Source: Catajapyx aquilonaris (taxonomy: Eukaryota). From it: a DNA stretch of 38,589 bases. The stretch is from assembly GCA_000934665.2 (NCBI GenBank), contig KZ538961.1:1-38589 (forward strand), given 5' to 3'. Below are positions 8,534 to 20,500 of the stretch, piece after piece. The notes below the pieces were generated by a model that was not told the DNA's origin, searched no databases, and worked only from the letters and a program-made list of their open reading frames with translations. The first letter of the stretch is position 1, and each line of letters begins with the position of its first letter. A program made the translations under genes and the position numbers.

Positions 8534-11500
8534 CTGGAAAAAAACGGAAATCAGGGCATAAGATTGGCGGCGGTATCGCACAATGCTACTATATACCTTA
8601 CTATAATCCTATTTTTTGAGTAAGGAAAGTTTAATGGTTATTACAGTTATAAGCAGATAATGATGATTAGCCATATGGTACACTGTCATGTAAGCCTATC
8701 TCATTGCGCTGAGATTTCCTGAAATTCTGCTTTTATATGCGACTTGATAGGCCATACACCCTGATGGACCAGCAGCGGCAGTGTAAAACCCACTGTAAAT
8801 ATTTGGCTGCAACATGATGTTCCAACATTTCCAATGTTTGAATCTCCGTAACAGTTAGCGATTTGTGGCACTAAGATGTTTATTTGAAGCAGTTAATTTG
8901 AAGCAGTTTCAGTGGTTGTCAAAAGTATTAGATTCTATAATATTAAGCTGGCCTTATTATACAGTGTGTCCGTGTGTTTCGTAATTGTTGAGCTCACGTC
9001 CGTATGGGTGGAAATTTTCAGGACACTTTCTCTTGTGAACTCTCCTGTAAGTTTTTTTGTGGAATCAAAATGTAGCTCTGAAAAGCCCACTATAAAATGT
9101 ATTTTCTAACGATGTACTTGCTGCACTTGGAGGTGATGCAACAGAAGCAACTGAAAATGGGCTTATCCGAGATCTTCACCAATACAAATGTGAGCTCATT
9201 ATAGAAATTAATTTTGCACTATGCTATATCGAATCTACTGTATATTCACCCTATAAGCTTGACGGTTAAAAAAAAAAAAAACCTCCACATGACTGATGCA
9301 ATAGTAGTCCAAAGTGAGCTTTCATATTATGGCTGCTTTTACAATAATGGTCCTCTGTGGTATAAAGCGTCACAATCATATTAACACTAAGCGCGCTTTT
9401 ATTCCCTTATACACACTGCAGCATCAAACATAATTTGTGAATGCAGTGTAATAACAGTGCCAGTGAATGTAATATTTTGCAACAAAATGCAATTAAATTT
9501 AAATGTTTTTCAGGTATAGTAAAAGGATCGACCTTCACAATTAAGTAGTTATCCCTGTCAAAATGAGAGAAATTGCCTTCTTTGGAGGAATTATGAAACT
9601 ACTGTTGGCAAAGTTGTTCAAAATGTTTCGACAAATATGAAATTTAAGTCTGAAATACTTGCAATAACATTTCCCTCCAAGTAAACTAGGGACAGTCAAT
9701 AATATTTGAGTTTTGCTCAAAAAATTAATGATTACCTTGTAAAAAAAATCAATATCAACAGGGAGGCATTAATTGCTCAAGAGTTATAACTGGGAGAGTT
9801 AGGCCAAGATAGTGTTGTGAAGGGATATCATTTTTATGCAACCAGTCACTCCTGGTCATGACTCGGATTTTTGGAGACAAACTGTATTCAGTGAATGTGA
9901 AACTGTATTCAAGTGAATTTAGGTATCAGCGGGTATCAGAGTGGAAGGTCAGGATATTCCAGGTTTGATAACAACCATTCTGATTGGGTTATCAAAGGTT
10001 TTCCCTTTCAAGACGCCATAATGCCTTATTTTTCTTCTACAAAACCAAATATTATTAATCAGTTTTGCGAAAAACACATTCCTATTAATCGAGAAATGCG
10101 CAGTTCGACCTGAATTTGTGAAGGAAATGAGAAAGTTTTTTTCTTCTTCGTCCCCCCCCCCTACCCCACCCCACTCCTTTGAGTAGCACTTTTAGAGCCA
10201 TTTTGGTGGCCTGGATCTCAGGGAGATTCAGAATAATTTATCCTAAATTAGAATTATTACCACAAGTTGAATGTTTTGTATAGCGTTTACGGACGGTATG
10301 TTTTCACTTAAAGTTGCACACAATCAAAATGGTCAAATAATGAATTATAAAATAATCACTCAAATACTTTGATAGGTTCCATGCTTAATTATAATTGTGT
10401 TAAAATCAACTCCAACTGAGTGGAAATTAATTTGTATAATGCATGTCAGGGTTAGTACTCATTATGATACATTAGCAATGATAATAATTCACTGGGAAAC
10501 AAATTTTGACGAAAGTCAAACTTCTGATATTAAAGCAGACATTTATTAATGATTTGAAGGTGCTGATCACGAATATGGCAATGAAAATCCAAAATTGGCT
10601 ACGAATCCTGAGAAATTCGCAATAGTTTTTTTATACATATAACAGAGCAATAAGTACTATATCGCTCAAAAAGATAGAGACGATTGGCATTTGATTCAAG
10701 TGCAAGTTGCACTTGAGTCAAATGCAAAATCGTCTCTATCTTTTTGGGCGATATAGTACCTAGCCTATACATAAAGCGTTGCCAGTAAAAGTCCGCTTCT
10801 ACTGCCGACGGTGACGACTTAAGTAGTCATTTCTTAATAATTTGAAGGTGCTGATCACGAACATGACAATTAAATTCCAATATTGGCTACGATTCCTGAG
10901 AAATCCGCAATAGTTTCTTACATAATAGAGTAAGACGCATACATATGGCGAGTAGGCCTACCAGTAAAGGTCCGCTTCTACTGACGATATTGCCGACTAA
11001 AGTAGTCATTTAATGATTTGAAGGTTCCGCTAATAATAGATAATAAAATTCACCACCTTGAGTGTCTAGGTCAATGTCTCAAACTCGTTTTACATTCATG
11101 CACTATAAGATACTGTTTTGTACTCATTTTTGACGCTTCCCCCCCCCCTTCCTCTTCCCTGAAAAGTGCACTTACATTTCATAATTCATAATTGCCAGCT
11201 TTACCATTGTTTTCCCCATGCAAAGAAACCTTTATGCACCAACAACCTCGCCGATATCACTTATAAAATACTTCGCGATGTTCCCTTGTATGTCATATAT
11301 ACATGGCCATATAATTATGACCACCTCTGTATCTCATAAACTAGAGCCAAACGACAAATTTTATGGTCATTTTCGTATTCAGCACCTCGAAATTAGTCAA
11401 GATTTACTATATTCATTACAGAAGTTTTTTCCTGTTGCCCAGTGATATAATAAGTTACCAGTTTTTATAATCAAGCAGCAATATGGAAAGTTGTTAACCC

Positions 11501-14500
11501 TTAACCACCAACGTGAATCTGCCATACATTTGCTACGACGTGGGGTCTTTAAGGACCCCACGCGGTTTGATTTTTTAAAAAAAATTGACATAATAGCACT
11601 AAAGCCACTCTTCCCCGCTAAATTCGGCCTGTATTCTCATCTGTATGTGTAAAAAAATCGATCTTCTGTGACCATTAGTTGAGTCATAAGGGACTTGAGA
11701 CTCCGTTATCGCAGCTTCGTAGCCTTCCAGCTCGATGCCATAAGTAATGGCTTATAACGTAAACATTCCCAGCTGCAGGTGCTCCAGTTGGAAAGCAAGA
11801 TTTTAGTTCCGGGCATGGTTCCGGGTAATATTTATTGCTGGATAACAACACTCACACTTTATAAAATACAATTTTCTGTGATGCGCTGTGATGTGTTTTC
11901 TAAAAAATTATGTACATTGGCTACGACGTGGGGTATATCTGGACCCCAGCACGGACACTTAGCAGTATAAAAGTACCGGTACTCGGCAAAAAAAATTCTA
12001 CTGATGCCAAAGTTTTCCATTGGATCGAAGAAAGTATGTCTGAGGAATATAGGCCTGCCATTTTTGCATTTCACACTAAATTTATTAATCGCGATGGTAT
12101 TAACTACATTGTGGGATCCAAAATTTCAAAGTGAAATTCATAAATAGATTGACTGTCCTTACTACTTTCTATACTGTCGCTTGATTATAAAAACTACATC
12201 AACATTTAGAAGTAAAAAGGTTTATGTACTGTAGGTCTACAATGGTCTTACCTCTGCCTCCTCGAGGTGCAATTTGCCCTTTACTCTTGAGCTTATGAAG
12301 CCACTTCATTCCAGGTTGAGCTTTGGCGCCACCGAACACTAATGCATGTGTCTGTCGTAAACTCAACCGATACTCTGTCTTGAAGATGTTGGATTTCTCT
12401 GCAAAAACCAGTTTGTCATTAGTTTTCAAAGCCCACTCTTTCCAAGTGTGTGGACTATACTTACGTCTTGTACGACATAGGTTAACGAGGTAGACAATCC
12501 ATGAGGTGAATAGGTTGACGGGCGAAGGGGTGGCGGAAGTGCGGTGCATGTTGCGAATAAGTTTGGCCAATCCGAACTTCCACTCAATATCTGACTGTGC
12601 CTGGATACGCTGGTACGTGTCGCTCATCATAGCAATGAGAAGGTTAATCAGCACAATCACTGTCACCAGCATGTAGACTCCAAACATGATTTTGAACAGG
12701 CTGATTGTCCAATCCGGCTGTGCTTTCTCGACTTGGAGGGTTTCTGAACCACCCATTCCGAACATGGCAAAAAAGAGCAGCTCAAAGGTCTTGACAGGAT
12801 GTACTGTTCCATTCGGCATCAACCTGGGAACGCCTTCGTATACTTCAGGAAATGGTTGGTTGAGAGCAGTCATCATGAAGGAGAATCCCAGCATAAATAT
12901 GGCCAACACTGCTAGGAACCTAGCCAGATCCTTCATCAGGTTACCAATAATGATGGCCCATGGTCCGAAGAGGTAATGGAAGGATAAGAAATCGAGGATT
13001 TGCACACATGCAAATAGCAAGGCCAGCGCGCAGCACTGGTTCCGGAGGTAGAACATGGATTGCATCAAAGCTACATCCACAAATATAGTTACAGCGTGCA
13101 CGGCCACTGCCAGAGCGCTGACGATCAGCACAGCAACTTTGATCCATCCTAGTCCAGCCTTGTCCGACGGATTGGTCAGTTCGGACAGCAGTAATCCAGA
13201 CAACCAGGCTAGCAGCATCCATTCGTGCCACTCAGGCAGCAGCTGTCTTGCAAGAGTGGTCAGAGGCATGACCCCCGTGATGACCAGCAGAAGCATGAGG
13301 TAGATGTGGGAAGTCAGGTATGACATAAACTTCATGATTGGGATCTCCTTATACTTGTGCCCCAGGGGCAGCGAGAAGGCCAGCCAGATTGGGGGCACAA
13401 ACAGGAAAGCCAAGAAGACCAAAAGAAGCTTCCATGAGGGCCAGTTGAGATTGCCCACCCACACTTCCTGAAGGTACCTCTGTACAGCCGAATGAGCGAT
13501 CACTTCCTTCTGCTCGTTCTCAATCAGGACGTCCAGAAACTCCACTCCGCGACGATCCGAGGCCTGCAGGACTTTACCGGCTGATTCAGCCCCGGCAGCC
13601 AAAGCCAGCAGCTCCGTGGCCATGGCTTCGCAATGCTTGGAAGCTGCGATCAAATCCTTTGCACGTTCCTTCTCCTTGTTGCTCAGAGCCAACAATATGT
13701 TGCTCAGCTTGGCAGCAACATCAACAGGCGCAGGCGACACCAGGATGAACTCGTCGATGGGTTCGTTATCAAAGTTCTTGCCACATATGGTCAGGTTGTA
13801 GACGAACTCACGATCTTCCATCAATGAATATGTGTCGTGTTCGCGTCTCATCAGAAAGGCAAGCACGGTGTTGTTGCCCTCGCAAGCGGCGAACCAGATT
13901 GGAGCCTTTCCTTGAGAAGTCACTGACAACGGGGATGCTCCACTGGCTACCAACAACTTCACCACGTCTATGTGCCCGGCTTTGGCTGCACAGTGTAGTG
14001 GCGTCCATCCTTCCTGCAAGTAATTCAAATACGTAAAAAGGTCAGATTCTACACTATCTACAGTATATTTTGTGACTTCCCGTCACTTAATGGCAGGAGG
14101 GCGCCTGCGCTGCGCCCGCCTGCCTGGGTTGGACCTAGGAGGACTGGGGGAGAGTTCAGTCGTGTTGCGACCGGCAACTCTGGTTGGTCCAATAAATGAA
14201 TGTTCCGTACCCGTTGTATTATTATTAGATCACGACCACGACCCTGAGTGACCTTGCGGGATCAGAGGGATGACCTGACGAGGTCAAGTCTCATCATTTC
14301 TAGATCAATCAAATATATACAGATAATTTCTGTAATGGACATTCTACAGCTTTATGACCCGAAGGAGTAATAATATGCTCCTGCTTCACATGCGCATATT
14401 ATTCTGGTACTGTACATGTTGTATACCAGGCTGTACTAAGATTTTATGGGGAGATGGAGTGGCGCTGCGGTAACGTATGCTCCCACGGATGTAAGGGTCC

Positions 14501-17500
14501 CGGGTTCGATACCAAGCCCGAGCATTCCGCCCTTCATCTCGTGCAGAGCTAGGTCGTCTCTGGCTTCGTCTCGGGTGGAATCTCCGACAGACTAATCCAC
14601 CCGGGGGAGTTCACAAAATGTACCATAAACAGACATTGCACTTGTACTTTGCACACCCCCTCCCAGTCACCCCCTATCGCTCGCGGTACCCGGGCGTTAC
14701 GAAAAAGGACCATGCTTGTACATCTCAAAAAAGCAAATAAAGGTACTGTGCCAGATGCCCTCAGGGCGGTGCAATAAACCCAATAATTGTTATTATTATT
14801 ATTACTACTACTAAGATTTTATTCGCTCATGCCATACAAAATCACGGCTCCCGTCGCGCGACGATGTTCCGGGAGCAATCGACAGCATTTTTCAACAAAT
14901 AAAATTTACCACATATATAGGAAACCAGGTTTTAGGCCTTTAGGGTGTTTGAAACCCAAAGCATGAGGAAACATTAGCCTAGCCTTCGCAGCCTGATTTT
15001 CGATTTTGCAAGGCTGCAGCTAATTTAAATATAATTTTACAGAAATGTTTACTAACCCTGTCAGCAGCATTGATATCTGCTCCTTGCCCGAGTAGAACTT
15101 CAACCATCTGGCAGTGACCATGCGTAGCCGCAATGTGGAGTCCAGTTCTGCCTTCCTTATCACGGCTCTCAAGTAGGTCTGATGCACGGCTCAGCATTAA
15201 GCTGACGACGGTGATGTGTCCGCCTCGGCAGGCCAAGTGCAAAGGATTGTAACCCTGCAACATTCAAATGACCACATGAATAAGTTGTACCAGAAGCTTT
15301 ATAAGTGATGACTCTTACTTACATGAAGAACAGTAGGTGCGTCTACTTGGACACCTTGCGAGTTGAGCAGGAGACGGACTACATTCTCGTTGCCGGAAAA
15401 CGCTGCCAGATGCAGTGGCGTCAATCCAGAATCTGCACCTAGTTCCTTTAGAAAGCTGTGAGACTGTGCAGATGCTGATGGAGCTTCAGACTTTACAGTT
15501 GCGGGTACAGATGACAGTAACTCTCGTACCGTATCTGAGGCAAGAGGAAAGTTATACGAATGATTTACAAATGAACATTTCTTCATATCAGGATGGCTCG
15601 ATTTTAGCCAAATATGACTGCCAGTGTTTGTTCTTTGGTACGGCATATCTTGTGAGTGCCACTACATGGGGGAAGTAGGCTACTGTATACTGTACCTCTA
15701 GCAAGTGAGGAATATGCGGCATGTACTCTACAGTCATATACAGTAAAACTCCTATAAGTCGAACTTCCCTAAGTCGAAGTTCTCTATAAGTCGAAGAAAA
15801 TGATGAGCTCGGTTGGTCACAATGTAAAATAATAGGAAATAAACTTCCCTAACTCGAAGTTTTTTCCCGGTCCCATGGAGATTCGACTTATAGAAGTTTT
15901 ACTGTACTCACAGGATATGTGACAAAACTTTATAATTTTTGGCAGATATCATACTGTGCGTTGGGACTTAGAAAAAGATGCGGCCATACCAGTCTGTCCA
16001 AAAAATGCTGCAACATGTAGTGGTGTAAGTCCAAGCTTTTTTGATATGATTCCGAGAGAGTTATCCCCTCGAAGCACATCAAGCACAGAGTTGTGCCCAT
16101 GCTTGGCTGCCAAGTGGACAGCCGTATATCCCCATTTGTTCTCGTCCACAGGCAGTGCACCAGCGCCCAACAAAACTCTAACCACTTCTGCATGACCTCC
16201 TTCAGCAGCTAACTGCAGAGGTGTCGCATCATTTATCCTGTTTCTGGCCGAGATGACTCCCTGCTTGTCGAACTTCATCAACTCCTGGATGACAGCCACG
16301 GAACCTCGCATAGCAGCGATGTGAGCACAGGTGTTGCCTGACTTTGTCGCTGACGACACTAGAGATGGTTGGTGCTTCAGAAATAGTTCGGTGACATCAG
16401 AGTGGTTGTTCTCAGCAGCAAGATGTATGGGTTTTTGTCCCAGCTCGTCTGCAGCGTCAGGGTTAGCACCGAGTTCCATTAGCAAGCGACATACTTCTAG
16501 TTGTCCTTCTGATGCCGCCAAGTGGAGAGGTGTTTGTTTTTTCTGGATTCAATGTAAATGGATATTACGTACTAAAATGTTTCATATTTACCCCATTCAA
16601 TGTACACTAACTTCCGCATATTTAACATAACCTACATCACACATTCACGGGATTTCAGTAGACAAAACATTAATTTAGAAATGAAAAATATTGCGGTAAT
16701 CTATTTGACGTAGAATTATTGCCCTATAGCATATATTACATTGGGTTAGATTTCTGCATCAAGAGGACGGGATTTTTTCCAGAAAGGAAATGTTATTTAT
16801 GTGGGGAGGATGAGGAGATTTTGATGCATGTAGGATTGTAAGCCATGGATAGAAAGCGATTGTTATGGGTTCAGGGCGTGGACGGAGTTAAAGATTTAGA
16901 GGAGATGTATTCGGTGTTGCTAGACTCTATCGTCGTGATCTTGTCAGTTGATTTCGACCTGTATGGACGCCCAGCTGTAAATGGATCCTTTTGGATTTCT
17001 GTGTGACCTTGCATCTATGGAGTGTGTGTTGTCCACCTGGTGCTTGGAGTGTTTTTTTTTCTCCCACATGTATGATAACCACTTTTGGGATTTACCTGTG
17101 TTTAGTGGATGCTAGATTTGATTGTGGTCTTCCACTTGTGAATGGGGGAAATGACCGTTTCCAATAAAATTTATTGTGATTCTGATTGAGAATATGTCCA
17201 TTCTTCAGCTTTGTTGTATTCGGTTGAATGTGGAATTTTTCTGAGTGTTCTTCCTCATTTAATGCGCAAAACTTTGTTCTCATTAGGGTTGAAACATAGA
17301 ATTCTACTTCCACTTGTTATTGATTTCTTTGCTTTTGAGTTATTTGATTTATTATCATGCGAAACATATGTGGTTTGAGAAAGGGAATTACTGCTGTTAA
17401 TCTTACCCAACCTCGCCGCTTATTAACCCGTCCCACTTGGTGTATACCTGGGGATGTTTCGTTTCGCAATACCGTCATGTTTCATTGAATAATAAATTAT

Positions 17501-20500
17501 CATTATAAGAACAATCTTAATTTAGTTAGTCACTTCTCTCTGCTTCACCTTTGAGGATCTGTTCTTACCCTCCTTCCCTTTTCGCTACGTGACAATGCCA
17601 TGGCCCCGAACCCGAAAGCCCAGCGACGACGCGACGTCGAAGTCGACTATGTATATCCTGACAAGTATGGATACCCCCTTACATGCCTGCATCGCTGGTT
17701 GCCCGGATCAGGCGCTCGCACTCTCATACCATTGCTCAACAGTCTGACTCCTGCAACCAGCGATGCAGGCATGCACGGGGGGGGGGGTGTCCGTACTTGT
17801 CATGATACACATCGTCGACGTCGTTGTAGCGTCGTCGCCGGCCTTTCGGGGCCTTCTTCCATATGCATCCCCTACCACCCACATCATTCTGGCGGACGAA
17901 TTCGGGAACACCCTGTATACTTATGATTGAATTTTAGATATGCTATAGCCATTGATTTCTGCAGTAGTAGTAATATCAGGTTCACTGAGGGGAAAAATGT
18001 GGGCCAAAATTGTCGAAAACTTGAAGTCAAGTACAGTACTATATGGGTTAAATATAATTATATGCGGTAATGTGCTTATTACAATTCCGACGCGGTGGTT
18101 CCTTTGGTACAAAACTAGTGTAAAGTGTTGAAATTTGAAATGGCTAGGAACTACACTAAATGTCAAAAGAGTTCTGGCCAAAAACGTCGTAAGGCTATAC
18201 AGGGGGGAAAACAATTCCGTTGCTAAAGGGGTGATAGTTGCAGAGCGCCAGGATACGTTTGTGTATTTTTTGGCAAAAGTTCTTCAAATATATTCACACA
18301 TACATGGGTGATTCTCCAAAACTTACCATTTTCAAAGCAAAAATTAATGAATTTCAAAACTTGTTTTAAAAATGAGGAAAAGTTCACACTTCTTACTCTA
18401 TATGAGATACAAGGGAAAAATAGGGAGACCTAACTCATATTCTAAAGTGGTTGAAACCTTCCAGGATTGATTTTGCAGTTAACCGCAATAATTTTTATTG
18501 GACGTTGTTCCTCATAATATTAGATCAAAAAGTGAAACTCAGTTTTTAAATATCTGTCCCCCAAGTAGTGAAACCTAAATCAACGTGTCATGGAGAACCA
18601 GTGTTGGCAAATAAATAAGTAAAAATCCCTTTGTTTCACTGCAAATTTAAAAAAAAATCAGCCAGGAGAGTAACATGAAAACTCGGGACACACTTTGGAG
18701 TGATGCAGCAAGGTCATGTCAAATGATTAAATCGTTTTTAAAATATTGTTTTATACCTAAGTATGTAAAATTTAATTATAGTATTAATTGGAACTTGTCT
18801 AATGTTAATGATAACGTGGTAAGAAAATATAGTATCTATTAAAATATGATTGGGACGTGCCAGGAAGAGTGATGTTAGGCCCTTAGACATTCTTTGCATT
18901 AAAAGGTAATTTAAATTTTTTCTTTGTTTGCCTGGGGATGGCTAGCTGTCAACTGCTTCTACAGATGTTTAAAAATCAACTCTCTCAGTCAAGCCATTTT
19001 TGAGATATTATCCCGGGACATAGTGTGGTAAGTATTTGGAGAATAACCAACATATAATTGCAAAATTTAGCGAATTACATAATTTTTTTTCCTACCCCTT
19101 GCTCAGGGCTATGGCCCTGTTTCGGGGGACACACATTTCCAGTTTCCACACTATTCCAATTCACTCTTCTCAAGTTCACTATTAATTTATACATTGACAA
19201 CACTTGTTCACTTGTAGTAAAAAATGGAGTAAAAAAAGAAAAAGAAAAAAGGAGTAAAAAAAGAAAAAGAAAAAAAGAAGAAAAAAGGTCAGGAAATTTG
19301 AGTAGGTATTGGTGGACATCTCATATAGGTTCCTTTTACGGGACTTCAAAATTGCTTTAATATGCAGAAAATTTAATACGAATTACATAATATCGTTCCT
19401 ATAAGGTGAGAGTAGACCCTACTGAATCAATAAACCTAAAATTAGTATGAAGGTGGAATATTTACCAGTGTCAATGCATCTATGAGTGCATTGTGATCCG
19501 ATATGAGGAACCTGGTTAGCGCAGCGTAACCTTTCATGGCCGCTAGATGTAGGGCAGTTAGACCGACACGTGACTTAGAGTTGATGAAGGCACGATGGCT
19601 GAGAAGCATATCGCACACTTCTTGGAAGCCCATTTCTGCTGCCAGATGTAACGCAGAGCGACCTTCCGAATCGAACACGTCCACTCTGGCATTGTGCGCC
19701 AGCAGCGTGCGCACCACATCTCGGTGACCTTTGCTGCAGGCCAGTAGAAGTGGTGACCACCCCACTGCTGATTGTCGGTTAAGAGCACGCTGCACTTCAG
19801 CTGGTGGAAAATGCTTAACAATTTCCTCCAGAATGTTATTGTTGCCTTCCCGAGCACAGTAGTGGAATGAGGTTTCTAAAGTCTGCAATAAGAAGCATTG
19901 TTAGATCATGATAATATTATACGTACTTTCGACGTGAGTGACTAACTCACCCCTCTAGTCTGAAGGTCCACATCTCCTCCGGTTTCAAGGAGCATCCTGA
20001 TGATATCTTTGTCTTCTAACTCGTAATGAGTCTGTTCATGGGTCAGCCTAGCAGCATAATGCACGGCAGTCTCTCCTTCTACATTGGCCTCGTTGACGTA
20101 GTTCTTCACTGCCTCTGCCTCTTCTCGTGACGCAACAAAGTCCAGCAACTCACGCACCGCAGCCCCATGACAGCTTTGGCAAGCCAAGTGAAGGGGGGTC
20201 TCTCCAGCCTGCAATATTCACCACCATCCTGTTTAGTGACAGTGTACTGGGAAAAGTATAATATTTACACGAAAGTTCCGCATTAGAGAGTGCCTGCAAG
20301 TCCTGCTCCATGATAGGCGTAAATCCGGTACAAGTGACTGATCTATGTTAGTTGCATATGATTAATCACTTGTTCAGGATTTGATATAGATTCTGCAGCC
20401 GGCTCATGCACCGTGGAAATTTTTCCCAAAAGAAAAGTCACTAAATTTTTGACCCTCCCCACCTGGATTATTCAGAATTTCACATGGATACCTTCAAAAG

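Noticed and set aside
10541..11028. CRISPR-like repeat-spacer array
   Set aside because: Long degenerate units with similar intervening sequence in a eukaryotic intron, and no cas genes.
12686..14036. Several + strand and alternative-frame ORFs over the large nompC exon
   Set aside because: Antisense or shifted-frame shadows of a GC-balanced coding exon.
14448..14525. Possible tRNA gene
   Set aside because: Has A/B boxes, but I could not fold a full cloverleaf. It continues into a body, tail and TSD, so it is a SINE head.
19221..19290. Lys/Glu-rich ORF segment
   Set aside because: Low-complexity A/G tandem tract.
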